From an uncultured Rhodopirellula sp. (GTDB lineage Bacteria; Planctomycetota; Planctomycetia; Pirellulales; Pirellulaceae): a DNA stretch of 64,000 bases. The notes under the pieces are model-generated. The model was not told where the DNA came from. It saw only the letters and a program-made list of their open reading frames with translations, and ran no database searches. Both the position numbers and the translations under genes were made by a program. The stretch lies in NCBI GenBank assembly GCA_964007735.1, contig CAXGAI010000010.1:62001-126000 (forward strand), read 5' to 3'. Positions within the stretch are counted from its first letter, which is position 1; each line of letters opens with the position of its first letter. Shown piece by piece: positions 52,801 through 63,813 of the stretch.

Positions 52801-53562
52801 CGTGGTGATGAGTTGCGCAGCGGTGTGTTGCAGATGGTGAAGGTTTACATCGCCACGAAAAGAACTATTTCAGTGGGTGACAAGATGGCTGGGCGTCACG
52901 GTAACAAAGGAGTGATTGCAAAGATCCTGCCAGTGGAAGATATGCCATTTCTGGAAGATGGAACTCCCATCCAGATTATGCTCAATCCACTGGGGGTACC
53001 TTCACGGATGAACGTAGGTCAGATTCTTGAAACTCATCTGGGATGGGCTGGTGCCAAACTCGGAACTCAGTTTCAGACACCTATTTTCGATGGTGCAAAA
53101 GAAGATGAAATTAATGAATGGTTGGATAAGGCCGGCTTACCATCACACGGTAAGGTGACGTTATACGACGGTCGTACAGGCAAATCGATGGCCCAGGAAA
53201 CCACGGTTGGCTACATCTACATGTTGAAACTGCATCACTTGGTGGATGACAAAGTCCACGCACGAAGTACCGGACCTTACTCGCTGATTACCCAGCAACC
53301 ACTCGGCGGGAAAGCTCGTTTCGGTGGACAGCGGTTTGGAGAAATGGAAGTTTGGGCTCTGGAAGCATACGGAGCGGCTTACATTCTTCAGGAACTGTTA
53401 ACCGTAAAGAGTGATGACGTGGAAGGTCGAACTAAGATTTACGAATCGATGGTGAAAGGTGAAAACACACTAGAAGCAGGTACACCTGCCAGCTTCGACG
53501 TGCTCACCAACGAAATACGTGGTCTAGCTCTGAATATGCAACTCGAAAAACGACGTGTGTAA
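49840..53562 (+). CDS. rpoB: RNA polymerase beta subunit
   Basis: [60 protein letters not shown]. Confidence 0.99.
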
Positions 53563-53647
53563 TTGAGAGTTTCCATTTCCTATATAAACAACCAACCCTG
53601 TTAACCGTAAACCACGGTTAATGTGATCCCAAACGGAGCACGATTAA

Positions 53648-56600
53648 ATGACAGTTGGCGAAAATACTTACGACAGAATCAATGACTATGCCTCAGTGAA
53701 AATCTCATTGGCGCGACCACACGATATTCGTAGCTGGTCTTTTGGTGAAGTCAAAAAGCCTGAAACTATTAACTACCGAACGTATCGTCCGGAAAAAGAC
53801 GGTCTGTTTTGTGAGCGCATCTTCGGCCCTGAAAAGGACTGGGAATGTGCCTGCGGTAAATACCGCGGAATGAAATATAAAGGGATGATCTGCGATCGCT
53901 GTGGTGTGAAAGTTACGCATTCGCGTGTACGACGTAAACGGATGGGGCATATCGAACTGGCAGCACCCGTTGTCCATATCTGGTTCTTCAAAGCAATGCC
54001 CAGTCGTCTTGGTAATCTGCTGGCAATGAAAACCACTAGTTTGGAAAAAGTAATTTATTTCCAGGACTATGTGGTTGTGGATCCAGGTGAAACCGATCTC
54101 GAATTCAAGCAACTCCTAACCGAGGAAGAGTATCGCGCAGCACGCGAACAGTATGGGCCAACAGCTTTCGAGGCAGACATGGGAGCCGAGGCTGTTCGTA
54201 AACTCCTTTCTAAAATGGATCTGGTACAGCTGTCAGATGATCTCCGGGCGGAGTTGGAAGTTACCAACAGTAAGCAGAAGACAAAGGACCTCACCAAACG
54301 TCTGTTGATTGTCGAATCTATTCGGGATAGTGAAAATCGACCCGAGTGGATGGTGCTGGAAGTAATACCGGTAATTCCTCCGGATCTGCGTCCCTTGGTT
54401 TTGCTCGATTCCGGGAACTTTGCGACGAGCGATCTAAATGATCTGTATCGTCGAATCATCAATCGTAACAATCGTTTACGTAAACTGGTTGATCTCAATG
54501 CTCCAGAAGTGATTATCCGAAACGAAAAGCGTATGTTGCAGCAGTCGGTTGATGCCTTGTTTGACAACAACCGCTGTAAACGCCCCGTGCTCGGGAGCAG
54601 CAACCGGCCACTTAAATCTCTTACCGACATGATTAAAGGTAAGCAGGGTCGATTCCGGGAAAACCTTCTTGGCAAACGTGTTGACTACTCCGCCCGTTCT
54701 GTGATCGTGGTTGGTCCCCGACTGAAGTTACACCAATGTGGGCTACCAAAGAAAATTGCGTTGGAACTTTTCCAACCATTCATTATTCGCAAGCTGAAAG
54801 AACTCGGTCATGCCGATACGATCAAGAGCGCGAAAAAGATGCTCGAACGCAAGGACGAAGAAGTCTGGGATATCCTGGAAATGGTGATTGAGAACCATCC
54901 GGTTATGCTCAACCGAGCTCCCACGCTACACCGAATGGGTATTCAGGCCTTTGAACCAACGCTGGTTGAAGGGAACGCAATTCACCTGCATCCGCTGGTA
55001 TGTAGAGGCTTTAACGCTGACTTTGACGGTGACCAAATGGCGGTTCACCTGCCTCTGTCAGTCGAAGCTCAAGTCGAAGCTCATACTCTTATGCTGGCAA
55101 CGAATAATATTTTTGCTCCCTCCAATGGGAAGCCTATTATGAGTCCTTCACAGGACGTCGTGATGGGTTGCTACTACTGTACGCTCGCTCTAGATGACCG
55201 GAAAGGTGAAGGAATGACTTTTTCCAATCCGGATGAAGCTGACTTCGCATTCGCTCAGGGAGCCATTGATCTGCAGGCAAAAATCAAAGTTCGTTTACCC
55301 AAATCTCGCCGAGTAAACACTGAGAATGACAGTGCTGACTTTGGGGTTGTCATCGAAACGACTTACGGTCGAATTAGCTTTAATATGATGCTGCCTGAAG
55401 GAATGGATTACTACAATAAAACATTGCGTAGTGGTGATCTGTCCAGCATTATTGCAGACTGCTATGAGCGTCTCGGGCGAGCAGCCACCATTGATTTGCT
55501 CGACGATATGATGCAATTCGGTTTCCATGAAAGCACTCGCTCCGGCCTCTCCTTTGCCGTGGATGACCTTGTCACCCCCGAAGAGAAACATAACGAAATT
55601 AATGATGCCGAGAAAAAGGTACTCCGCTTTTCTAAGCTTTATCAGCGTGGTGTGATTACCGAGATGGAACGATACAACCAGGTACTTGATACCTGGACTC
55701 ATGCCCGTGAAGCGATCACCGGTAAGATGATGGAAGCCATGGAGCATGACTATCGTGAAGACACTCGGGACGGCTATGTAAATCCGGTGTACCTCATGGC
55801 TCACTCCGGTGCTCGTGGTGGTATTGAACAGATTCGACAACTCGCTGGTATGCGTGGTCTGATGGCTAAGCCAACCGGTGAAATTATCGAAACTCCGATT
55901 AAAGCCAATTTCCGTGAAGGCCTGAGTGTACTGGAATACTTCAGTTCAACTCATGGTGCACGTAAGGGGCTGGCAGATACGGCGTTGAAAACAGCAGACT
56001 CTGGTTACCTTACGCGTAAACTGGCTGACGTTGCTCAAAACGTGGTGGTTACCATGGAAGACTGTGGAACCACGCAGGGTATCACTAAAGGTGTTATTTA
56101 CCGTGGTGAAAAAGTTGAAGTTAAACTGGCTGACGCGATCTTTGGACGTGTTAGTCGCCAGCCGATTGCTGACCTTGTCACCGGTGAAGTTATCGTGGCT
56201 GAAAACGAAATGATCACCACCGAAAGTGCTCGCAGGATCGAGGAACTGGGTGTGGACAAAATTCAGGTTCGTTCAGCTATGACCTGTGAGGCTCCTCTTG
56301 GAGTTTGCCGCACCTGCTACGGTATGGATCTGGCAACAGGGCAACTCGTGGAGGAAGGTATGGCTGTTGGTATTATTGCCGCTCAAAGTATTGGCGAACC
56401 TGGTACCCAATTGACCATGCGTACTTTCCACATTGGCGGTACGGTAAATACAAGTGTGGAAGAGAGTGATATCAAATCCCAGAAGGCTGGAATCATCAAA
56501 TACACTCACCTGCGATACGTTGAAAACGAATCCGGGGAAAAGATCGTTCTTACACGAAATAGTGAAGTTGCAATTCTTGATCCAAAGGGACGGGAACTTG

Positions 56601-57994
56601 AGAAACACCCTGTTCCTGCCGGTTCAATTCTTAGAGTATCTGAGGATGATAAAGTAAAAGCAGGGAAGATCCTTTGCGAATGGGATCCTCACAGTATTCC
56701 AATTATCGCCGAAGTTGGCGGTAAGGTTCGCTACGAAGACGTTGTGGAAGGTGAAACTCTACGGCTGGAGAAAGACGCCGGTGGTAGTTTGCGTAAAATG
56801 ATCATGGATCATAAAGGCGAGTTGCATCCGCAAATCGTTTTAGAAGATTCCGAAGGTCGTCCTCAGGATGTATACTATCTGCCGGAAGGTGCTCACATTG
56901 AAGTGGAAGAGGGGGATAGCATCAAGGCGGGGGCCATTCTGGCTAAAACTCCTCGTGAAGCTTCTGGGGTTACCGACATTACTGGTGGTCTTCCGCGGGT
57001 TACCGAGATCTTCGAAGCTCGAAAACCAAAGGATCCTTCCGTGATTGCTGAAATCGACGGTGTGGTTGAAATCCTTGGTGAAAAGAAACGCGGTAAACGT
57101 TCCATTATCGTTCGCAATGAAGAAACTGGCGTTGAACGAGAACACCTCGTACCTCCAGGGAAACGCTTTCTTGTTCATTCGGGTGACATCGTGACGGCCG
57201 GTAAAGAACTAGTTGACGGCCCATTAGTCCCTCACGACATCCTGCGAGTTTCGGGTGAAGAAGAAGTTCAGCGCTATCTGCTTCGTGAGATCCAACAGGT
57301 TTACCGAAGTCAGCGTGTGGAAATCAATGATAAGCACATTGAAATCATTGTCGCTCGGATGTTGCGTAAAATTAAAATCGAAACGGCTGGCGACACAAAT
57401 CTGCTGGCAGGTATGGTCGTCGATAAATTTGACTTCCGTAAAGCAAACGATGCTGTCAGCAAGTGCTTAAAAATCAAATCCTCTGGCGACTCCGGATTTG
57501 AAGAAGGTGTCATTGTACCTAAAGACGTATTCCAGGAAACCAACGATCAGTTGGAAGCGGAAGGGAAGACGCCTGCAAAAGGTACTAAGCCAAAGCCAGC
57601 GACCGCCAGTACACAGCTTCTAGGTATCACCAAAGCAGCCGTTCAAAGTTCCAGCTTTATCTCGGCGGCTAGTTTCCAGGAAACCACTAAAGTGCTTACT
57701 GAAGCAGCTTTGTCGAGCAAAGTCGACCGTTTAGTGGGGCTAAAAGAAAACGTTATCCTGGGACACCTAATCCCAGCCGGTACCGGATTCCGCAAGTTCC
57801 AGGAAAGTGAAGTTCGATATCAGCCAGATGCTCTTCAAGCTATTAGCGAAGAAGCTGAAACAATGGTAACTCAGTTCCCACTGCTTCAGGCAGGCGCAGA
57901 GATGCTCGGCCAAGCTGAAACACCTGCTCCTTCACTGGAGTCTCTACTTGGCGGTGAAACGGATGCTCCAAGTACAGAAAATCCTGAAGAATAG
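53648..57994 (+). CDS. rpoC: RNA polymerase beta' subunit
   Basis: Zn finger, [34 protein letters not shown]. Confidence 0.99.
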   Translation: MTVGENTYDRINDYASVKISLARPHDIRSWSFGEVKKPETINYRTYRPEKDGLFCERIFGPEKDWECACGKYRGMKYKGMICDRCGVKVTHSRVRRKRMGHIELAAPVVHIWFFKAMPSRLGNLLAMKTTSLEKVIYFQDYVVVDPGETDLEFKQLLTEEEYRAAREQYGPTAFEADMGAEAVRKLLSKMDLVQLSDDLRAELEVTNSKQKTKDLTKRLLIVESIRDSENRPEWMVLEVIPVIPPDLRPLVLLDSGNFATSDLNDLYRRIINRNNRLRKLVDLNAPEVIIRNEKRMLQQSVDALFDNNRCKRPVLGSSNRPLKSLTDMIKGKQGRFRENLLGKRVDYSARSVIVVGPRLKLHQCGLPKKIALELFQPFIIRKLKELGHADTIKSAKKMLERKDEEVWDILEMVIENHPVMLNRAPTLHRMGIQAFEPTLVEGNAIHLHPLVCRGFNADFDGDQMAVHLPLSVEAQVEAHTLMLATNNIFAPSNGKPIMSPSQDVVMGCYYCTLALDDRKGEGMTFSNPDEADFAFAQGAIDLQAKIKVRLPKSRRVNTENDSADFGVVIETTYGRISFNMMLPEGMDYYNKTLRSGDLSSIIADCYERLGRAATIDLLDDMMQFGFHESTRSGLSFAVDDLVTPEEKHNEINDAEKKVLRFSKLYQRGVITEMERYNQVLDTWTHAREAITGKMMEAMEHDYREDTRDGYVNPVYLMAHSGARGGIEQIRQLAGMRGLMAKPTGEIIETPIKANFREGLSVLEYFSSTHGARKGLADTALKTADSGYLTRKLADVAQNVVVTMEDCGTTQGITKGVIYRGEKVEVKLADAIFGRVSRQPIADLVTGEVIVAENEMITTESARRIEELGVDKIQVRSAMTCEAPLGVCRTCYGMDLATGQLVEEGMAVGIIAAQSIGEPGTQLTMRTFHIGGTVNTSVEESDIKSQKAGIIKYTHLRYVENESGEKIVLTRNSEVAILDPKGRELEKHPVPAGSILRVSEDDKVKAGKILCEWDPHSIPIIAEVGGKVRYEDVVEGETLRLEKDAGGSLRKMIMDHKGELHPQIVLEDSEGRPQDVYYLPEGAHIEVEEGDSIKAGAILAKTPREASGVTDITGGLPRVTEIFEARKPKDPSVIAEIDGVVEILGEKKRGKRSIIVRNEETGVEREHLVPPGKRFLVHSGDIVTAGKELVDGPLVPHDILRVSGEEEVQRYLLREIQQVYRSQRVEINDKHIEIIVARMLRKIKIETAGDTNLLAGMVVDKFDFRKANDAVSKCLKIKSSGDSGFEEGVIVPKDVFQETNDQLEAEGKTPAKGTKPKPATASTQLLGITKAAVQSSSFISAASFQETTKVLTEAALSSKVDRLVGLKENVILGHLIPAGTGFRKFQESEVRYQPDALQAISEEAETMVTQFPLLQAGAEMLGQAETPAPSLESLLGGETDAPSTENPEE

Positions 57995-58183
57995 AATGAG
58001 CTGATCGTGGTATAAGCTGTTTGCCGTTCCGATGACGGCAAACAGCAGTATCGCTAGTTAACGTAAATTCACATGATCGCATTCATTTACTGTGATCTAG
58101 ATAATCCTGATATCCGTGTTGGTGTTAGGTATTTTAGGCAAGGATCGCCGGACAAGTTGTTCTTGAAAAACGTCGAATGGGAA

Positions 58184-58211
58184 TTGACAACGATGTCAAA
58201 GAGTGTAACTT
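58184..58211 (+). promoter_or_regulatory. Putative promoter of rpsL-rpsG
   Basis: TTGACA-N16-TAACTT, about 110 nt upstream of rpsL. Confidence 0.5.
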
Positions 58212-58323
58212 GAGTAGTTTCCGGGAGTTTTACCGCTCTCAGCAGGGTCGCGCCTTTTTTATGGGCTGGAAATCCGAACAAATCATAAAACGCAATTAAC
58301 AAAACGGCTTTTGAAAATACCCC

Positions 58324-58692
58324 ATGCCAACAATTAATCAACTCGTACGTAAACGACGTAAGAAGAAACGCAGTAAGTCAAAGGCGCCTGTTTTAGAACG
58401 CTGCCCTCAGAAACAGGGTGTTTGCCTTCAGGTTCGCACAATGACGCCGAAAAAACCTAATTCGGCTCTACGAAAAATCACGCGTGTTCGCCTTTCTAAT
58501 GGTAAGGAAGTTACGGTTTACATTCCTGGTGAAGGTCACAATCTACAGGAACACTCGATTGTATTGGTTCGCGGTGGTCGTGTCCGTGACTTGCCTGGTG
58601 TGCGTTATCAGGTTGTTCGTGGTGCTCGCGATACGCTGGGTGTGGACGGACGAAAGCAGTCACGAAGTCGCTATGGTGTAAAACGTTCCTAG
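58324..58692 (+). CDS. rpsL: 30S ribosomal protein S12
   Basis: [38 protein letters not shown]. Confidence 0.99.
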   Translation: MPTINQLVRKRRKKKRSKSKAPVLERCPQKQGVCLQVRTMTPKKPNSALRKITRVRLSNGKEVTVYIPGEGHNLQEHSIVLVRGGRVRDLPGVRYQVVRGARDTLGVDGRKQSRSRYGVKRS

Positions 58693-58754
58693 CATCAGTC
58701 GACCGATAGTAGTTTTTTTTAGCCAACGAAAAAAGAGTTAAGAGATAATCCAAG

Positions 58755-59225
58755 ATGGGTAAAATTACCGCAAGTAAAAAGCAGTTGAAGCCTGATCCAA
58801 GGTTCAATTCTCTGCTAGCCAGTAAATTCATCAACTGCCTGATGCTCGATGGCAAAAAGACCGTTGCCCAGAACGTGTTTTATTCAGCACTCGAAGAAAT
58901 CAGTACGCGAGTCACGGATGCTGAGCCATTGGATGTATTCACCGAAGCCGTAGAAAATGTAAAGCCACACCTCGAAGTTCGCTCAAAGCGAGTTGGTGGT
59001 GCTGCTTATCAGGTTCCAATGCAAGTCAACCGTAACCGTCAGCAGGCTTTAGCTTTCCGTTGGATCCTAATGGCGGTTCGTGAAAAGAAAGGGCGTCAAA
59101 CCCATCTCAAGTTGGCCGACGAGTTGGTAGCCGCTTATAAGAAAGAAGGCGCAGCCATCACCCGTCGTGAAAATGTTCACCGCATGGCTGAAGCAAATAA
59201 AGCTTTTGCTCACTTTGCCTGGTAA
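58755..59225 (+). CDS. rpsG: 30S ribosomal protein S7
   Basis: [28 protein letters not shown]. Confidence 0.99.
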   Translation: MGKITASKKQLKPDPRFNSLLASKFINCLMLDGKKTVAQNVFYSALEEISTRVTDAEPLDVFTEAVENVKPHLEVRSKRVGGAAYQVPMQVNRNRQQALAFRWILMAVREKKGRQTHLKLADELVAAYKKEGAAITRRENVHRMAEANKAFAHFAW

Positions 59226-59242
59226 GCATGCTAATTCGAATC

Positions 59243-59279
59243 AAGCCGCGTTTGTCGAATCCGTCACGCGGCTTTTTTT
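59243..59279 (+). terminator. Intrinsic terminator between rpsG and fusA
   Basis: AAGCCGCGT...ACGCGGC followed by T7. Confidence 0.75.
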
Positions 59280-59340
59280 ATGCTCTCAGCTAAAGCCGTG
59301 CACAAACTTTTTCTCCTTCCGTTAAATCAGAGTCACGATC

Positions 59341-61440
59341 ATGTCTCGTCAAATCGACAAACTTCGCAACATCGGAATCATTGCCCATATCGATGCGGGA
59401 AAGACGACTGTAACCGAACGAATGCTGTTCTACAGTGGTGCTAAACACCGGGTCGGGATGGTTGATAAAGGAACGACGGCGACGGACGACGATCCGGAAG
59501 AACAGGAGCGGGGGATCACAATCTACTCAGCCTGTGTCACATTTAACTGGAAAGATATCCATATCAATCTGCTTGACACTCCCGGTCACGTCGATTTCAC
59601 AGCAGAAGTGGAGCGTTGTTTGAGAGTGCTGGATGGAGCCGTTGTCGTCTTTAGTGCTCGTGAGGGTGTCGAAGCTCAAAGTGAAACGGTTTGGCGTCAG
59701 GCTGATAAATATGGTGTGCCCCGCGTGGCTTTCATCAATAAAATGGATCGTGAAGGTGCCGATTTTGAACATGTATTCAATGAAATCGAAAACCGCTTGC
59801 AAGCTAATACTGTCGCTATTCAGGTTCCTGTCGGAGCGGGACCTGCTCATGTCGATGAACCATTTTCCGGTGTGCTCGATCTGATTCGTCTGAAAATGCT
59901 GCGATTTGAGTCGGCATCCGAAGGGGCTGATATCAGTGAATCTGACATTCCCGAAGAACATATAGCTCTCGCTCAGCTTTGGCGAGAAACCATGCTCGAA
60001 AAACTTGCTGAATACAGTGACGAACTGATGGAATTACTGTTGATGGAAGAAGATGTTCCCGAGCAACTGATCCATCAGGTCATTCGTAAAGCGACGATCG
60101 ATCGATCCATTCAACCTGTCATGTGCGGTTCAGCCCTGCATGGTATCGGTGTTCAGCCTGTACTCGACGCAGTCCAGTACTACCTGCCCAGCCCCCAGGA
60201 GCGGCCTCCTGTCGAAGGTGAAGCTGTAGGAAAAGGCAAAAAAAGCGAAAAAGGCACAATCTCTCGTAAGCCGGAAGCAGGTGAGCCTTTCTGTGGATTG
60301 GTATTTAAAGTAATTCCTGCCAAAACCGGGGATATCTCATGGGTGCGGGTTTATTCAGGACAGCTTAAAGCGAACTCGCGTGTTTATAACCCGGGTAAAG
60401 ACAAGAAAGATAATGTCGCTCAGTTGTGGCAAATCCATGCCACTCGGAAAGACCCCCAAGGGCAGGTTGATTCGGTGGAAACCGGTGATATTGTTGGAAT
60501 CATTGGTCTGCGGCATAGCATCACGGGCGACACGTTATGTGAAGCAGGTAGTCCGATTTTGCTTGAAACGATCGAGTTTCCTGAAACGGTTATTTCGATG
60601 GCTATTGAGCCTGAGAACACGACTGAACGAGATAAGCTGGAAACCACGTTAGAAATGTTGCTTCGTCAGGATCCAACACTGGAAGTGATTAGCGGGGAGA
60701 CTGGGCAGACACTTATGCGAGGCATGGGTGAATTACATTTGGAGGTCATCAAGAATCGCTTGCTACGCGAATTCAATCTAAACGTTCGCTTTCATAAACC
60801 GCAGGTCAGTTACCGTGAAACCATCCAGCAATCGATTGAGGTAATTGGTGAGTGCAATCGTCTGATCAATGGAGCACAAAAGTTTGCTCGCGTAAAATTA
60901 CGACTTGAACCGGATGAAAAGGTGACTCAGGGTGTAGCAATCATGAATCAAATGACTCCGGAGACGTTAGGAGCAGAACTACTCGAAGTTACGTTTGATG
61001 AGTTGCGCAATTGTGCATCTGGCGGCGGAGCGATTGCCGGATTTCCTCTAATGAGGCTTAAAGCAACGGTATTAGATGCCGAAACAGCAGAAGAAGGATC
61101 AGATGACATTGCATTTCGTATTGCAGCCTCCAATGCGTTTGAGCAAGGGCTTCAAAATGGAAAACCTGTCCTGCTTGAGCCGATTATGCGGTTGTCAATC
61201 ACAACCCCTGAAGACTATCTCGGAGATTTTGTCGGGGATTTGCAAATGCGTAGGGCTACTATTGTATCTACAGATCCACGTGGAGACCGGACAGATATCA
61301 TTGCTCATGCACCCATGAAGGAATTGTTTGGGTATTCAAGTGCGATGCGAAGCTTAAGTCAGGGTAGAGCTGGTTGCAGTATTGAGCCATTGCAATATAG
61401 CCCGGCACCCTCCGAGGATATTGCCGAACTTGGTTTCTAA
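59341..61440 (+). CDS. fusA: Elongation factor G, divergent (EF-G2-like)
   Basis: AHIDAGKTT, ERGITI, DTPGHVDF, NKMD, GMGELHLE, LLEPIM, RSLSQGRA. Domain IV motifs are degenerate. Confidence 0.93.
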   Translation: MSRQIDKLRNIGIIAHIDAGKTTVTERMLFYSGAKHRVGMVDKGTTATDDDPEEQERGITIYSACVTFNWKDIHINLLDTPGHVDFTAEVERCLRVLDGAVVVFSAREGVEAQSETVWRQADKYGVPRVAFINKMDREGADFEHVFNEIENRLQANTVAIQVPVGAGPAHVDEPFSGVLDLIRLKMLRFESASEGADISESDIPEEHIALAQLWRETMLEKLAEYSDELMELLLMEEDVPEQLIHQVIRKATIDRSIQPVMCGSALHGIGVQPVLDAVQYYLPSPQERPPVEGEAVGKGKKSEKGTISRKPEAGEPFCGLVFKVIPAKTGDISWVRVYSGQLKANSRVYNPGKDKKDNVAQLWQIHATRKDPQGQVDSVETGDIVGIIGLRHSITGDTLCEAGSPILLETIEFPETVISMAIEPENTTERDKLETTLEMLLRQDPTLEVISGETGQTLMRGMGELHLEVIKNRLLREFNLNVRFHKPQVSYRETIQQSIEVIGECNRLINGAQKFARVKLRLEPDEKVTQGVAIMNQMTPETLGAELLEVTFDELRNCASGGGAIAGFPLMRLKATVLDAETAEEGSDDIAFRIAASNAFEQGLQNGKPVLLEPIMRLSITTPEDYLGDFVGDLQMRRATIVSTDPRGDRTDIIAHAPMKELFGYSSAMRSLSQGRAGCSIEPLQYSPAPSEDIAELGF

Positions 61441-61597
61441 TGCTCATTAGGCAGTTTTGAGGTGGAAAGCTATTGCCTAAGGCTGGTTTTTCACCCAGGT
61501 AAAAAAGTGACGCTAGGATACTTGTGAACGATGGAGACCGGCTTAAAACCCCGTTTTACTATTCGAATTTTTTTGGGGTTTTTTGAAAATCTCGCTG

Positions 61598-61626
61598 TTG
61601 ACGATCTCCCGATACGGACGTAACTT
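61598..61626 (+). promoter_or_regulatory. Putative S10 operon promoter
   Basis: TTGACG-N17-TAACTT preceded by T-tracts (UP-element-like). Confidence 0.55.
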
Positions 61627-61887
61627 AGACTGTTTCCCCACCTAACATTATTGTGACCTGTTTAGGGCACTTATTTTTTCAGGCCGAGACGGTTTGGTAA
61701 GTGTGTTAACAGCGATTGGCAATTGGGTGCCTTCTGCTTCACGGCAGAAGAACTTTCGAGGCGCTGACAATGGATGTCGCTTTGCCTTAAGGGGTGTTTT
61801 ACGCCCTGGCATAGCTGAAGGCTGTTAGTGCTGAGTGTAGACATATGTTTATTGGACCTTATTAAACTCATTAGGGAGTTTTACATT

Positions 61888-62211
61888 TTGGCAAAGAAAA
61901 CTGAAGTCCTCCGCATACGAATGGAAGCTTACGATCATGCGATTCTGGATCAGAGCGCTCTTGATATCGTAGACACAGCCAAGCGAACCCACTCGGAAGT
62001 GCACGGCCCGATTCCATTGCCAACTCGTATTGAGCGATATACGGTTCTCCGCAGTCCTCACGTAAACAAGAAGTCACGGCAGCAGTTTGAAATTCGTACT
62101 CACAAACGGATCATCGACATTGTCGAAGCGACCGGTGGTACGATTGAAGCTCTAAACAAGCTCAACCTGCCAGCAGGTGTCGAGGTAAAAATTAAAGCGA
62201 CGACCCGTTAA
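61888..62211 (+). CDS. rpsJ: 30S ribosomal protein S10
   Basis: [31 protein letters not shown] start after AGGGAG. Confidence 0.98.
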   Translation: MAKKTEVLRIRMEAYDHAILDQSALDIVDTAKRTHSEVHGPIPLPTRIERYTVLRSPHVNKKSRQQFEIRTHKRIIDIVEATGGTIEALNKLNLPAGVEVKIKATTR

Positions 62212-62378
62212 GAACTAGCGGGTGAGGCGCAGGGGTTGTTTGGTGATGAGTTGTCATCAGACGGATAAAAGCCAAGAGACAAACCAATTATATGAATGGA
62301 AGTCCGTCAGGTAACTTCCTCCCACGAGAAAGACTCGCGGGGCAGTCCTGATCGACAAAGACCACGAGGCAAATTGCG

Positions 62379-63095
62379 ATGACCAAGGGAATACTAGGCC
62401 GTAAGGTCGGTATGACGCAGATTTATGATGAGCAGGGCAATGCTGTCCCTGTCACAGTGATTGAGGCAGGTCCTTGTCACGTTCTGCAGATTCGGACGAT
62501 TGACCGAGACGGTTATGAAGCTGTTCAACTCGGCTTTGATGACAAGAAGCGTCCTCAGGGCAAGCGAATAAACCAAAGTCAGGCTCGTCGCAGTGAGCGT
62601 GGTCATGTCAGTGGCAAGCTAGGCAGTAAACGCAGTGAACGCCGTGCTGCATCTGGAATTGAAGCCGTTGTTAAGGCTGAATGTGAGCCTAAGAAATTTG
62701 TACGTGAATTACGCGGTTCGGCGGAAGGCTATGAAGTCGGGCAGGAAGTCACCGTAGCAAATCTGGCAGAGGTTGTTAGTGTTGACGTTCAGGCGACCAG
62801 TAAGGGTCGCGGTTTTGCTGGTGTTATGAAGCGACATAACTTCTCAGGGCAGCGAGCCACGCATGGTGTGAAGAAGGTCCACCGTCACGCTGGTGGTACC
62901 GGCATGAGCGCTTCTCCCAGTCGTTTGTTCAAAGGAAAACGCATGGCTGGTCAGTATGGCTCAAAACAAACCACCAATCGAAACCTAAAACTTGTTCGGG
63001 TGGATGAAGACAATAACCTGTTGTTGGTAAAGGGAAGTGTACCCGGGCCAAACGGTGGATACGTGGTTGTCAATGAAACAAACCACGTTGGTTAG
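62379..63095 (+). CDS. rplC: 50S ribosomal protein L3
   Basis: GILGRKVGMTQ, SKGRGFAGVMKRH, KGSVPG. Confidence 0.98.
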   Translation: MTKGILGRKVGMTQIYDEQGNAVPVTVIEAGPCHVLQIRTIDRDGYEAVQLGFDDKKRPQGKRINQSQARRSERGHVSGKLGSKRSERRAASGIEAVVKAECEPKKFVRELRGSAEGYEVGQEVTVANLAEVVSVDVQATSKGRGFAGVMKRHNFSGQRATHGVKKVHRHAGGTGMSASPSRLFKGKRMAGQYGSKQTTNRNLKLVRVDEDNNLLLVKGSVPGPNGGYVVVNETNHVG

Positions 63096-63136
63096 TGAAA
63101 GTCAATAAAAGAAAAGCTCCTTTAGGGCATATAACA

Positions 63137-63763
63137 ATGGCAACCTTAGACGTATACAACTTGTCCGGCGATGTTACCGGCAGCATTGAAATTGACACGG
63201 AGAAACTTCCGTCAATCAACAAGCAATTGCTACACGACGTTGTTGTGATGTATCAAAACAATTTGCGGCAGGGCAGTGCCAAAACGAAGACTCGTGCTGA
63301 AGTTGCCGGTTCACGTCGTAAGATGTACCGCCAGAAGGGTACGGGAAATGCCCGTGCCGGTCACCGCACTAGTGGTGTCCGCCGTGGTGGTGGGCACATT
63401 TTTGCCAAAGCGCCTCGCAATTTTTACTACCGCCTGCCTTCCAAGGCAATTCGTAAAGCAACTCGCATGGCACTTGCCTCAAAAATCAATGACAACGAAA
63501 TTGTCGTGGTGGATGGGCTAAGTCTGGAATCTCCTAAAACTAAAGAGATTACAGGGCTGATCAGCAACTTAAATCTTTGTGGTAAAAGTGCTTTGATCAC
63601 CACCGCAGAGAATGACACGAATATTTACAAGAGTGCTCGCAATATCCAGCGAGTGGATGTCTCCACTCTGGACAACCTGAACGCCCTTAGCGTTTTGAAA
63701 GTAGATGCACTTGTTATGACTAGGGAAGCGGTCGAAGCACTAAACGCAAAGTTAAATGCCTAA
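63137..63763 (+). CDS. rplD: 50S ribosomal protein L4
   Basis: KTRAEVAGSRRKMYRQKGTGNARAG, SARNI. ATG at 63137. Confidence 0.97.
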   Translation: MATLDVYNLSGDVTGSIEIDTEKLPSINKQLLHDVVVMYQNNLRQGSAKTKTRAEVAGSRRKMYRQKGTGNARAGHRTSGVRRGGGHIFAKAPRNFYYRLPSKAIRKATRMALASKINDNEIVVVDGLSLESPKTKEITGLISNLNLCGKSALITTAENDTNIYKSARNIQRVDVSTLDNLNALSVLKVDALVMTREAVEALNAKLNA

Positions 63764-63813
63764 CACGCTTCCTTTTAATTGAAAAACAAAAGCCTTAAAC
63801 AACAGGTTTAACA

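Noticed and set aside
54067..54675. 202-aa antisense ORF, and many similar short ORFs inside rpoB, rpoC, tuf, gap and r-protein genes
   Set aside because: Ser/Arg-rich shadow frames expected from the codon bias of the real genes.
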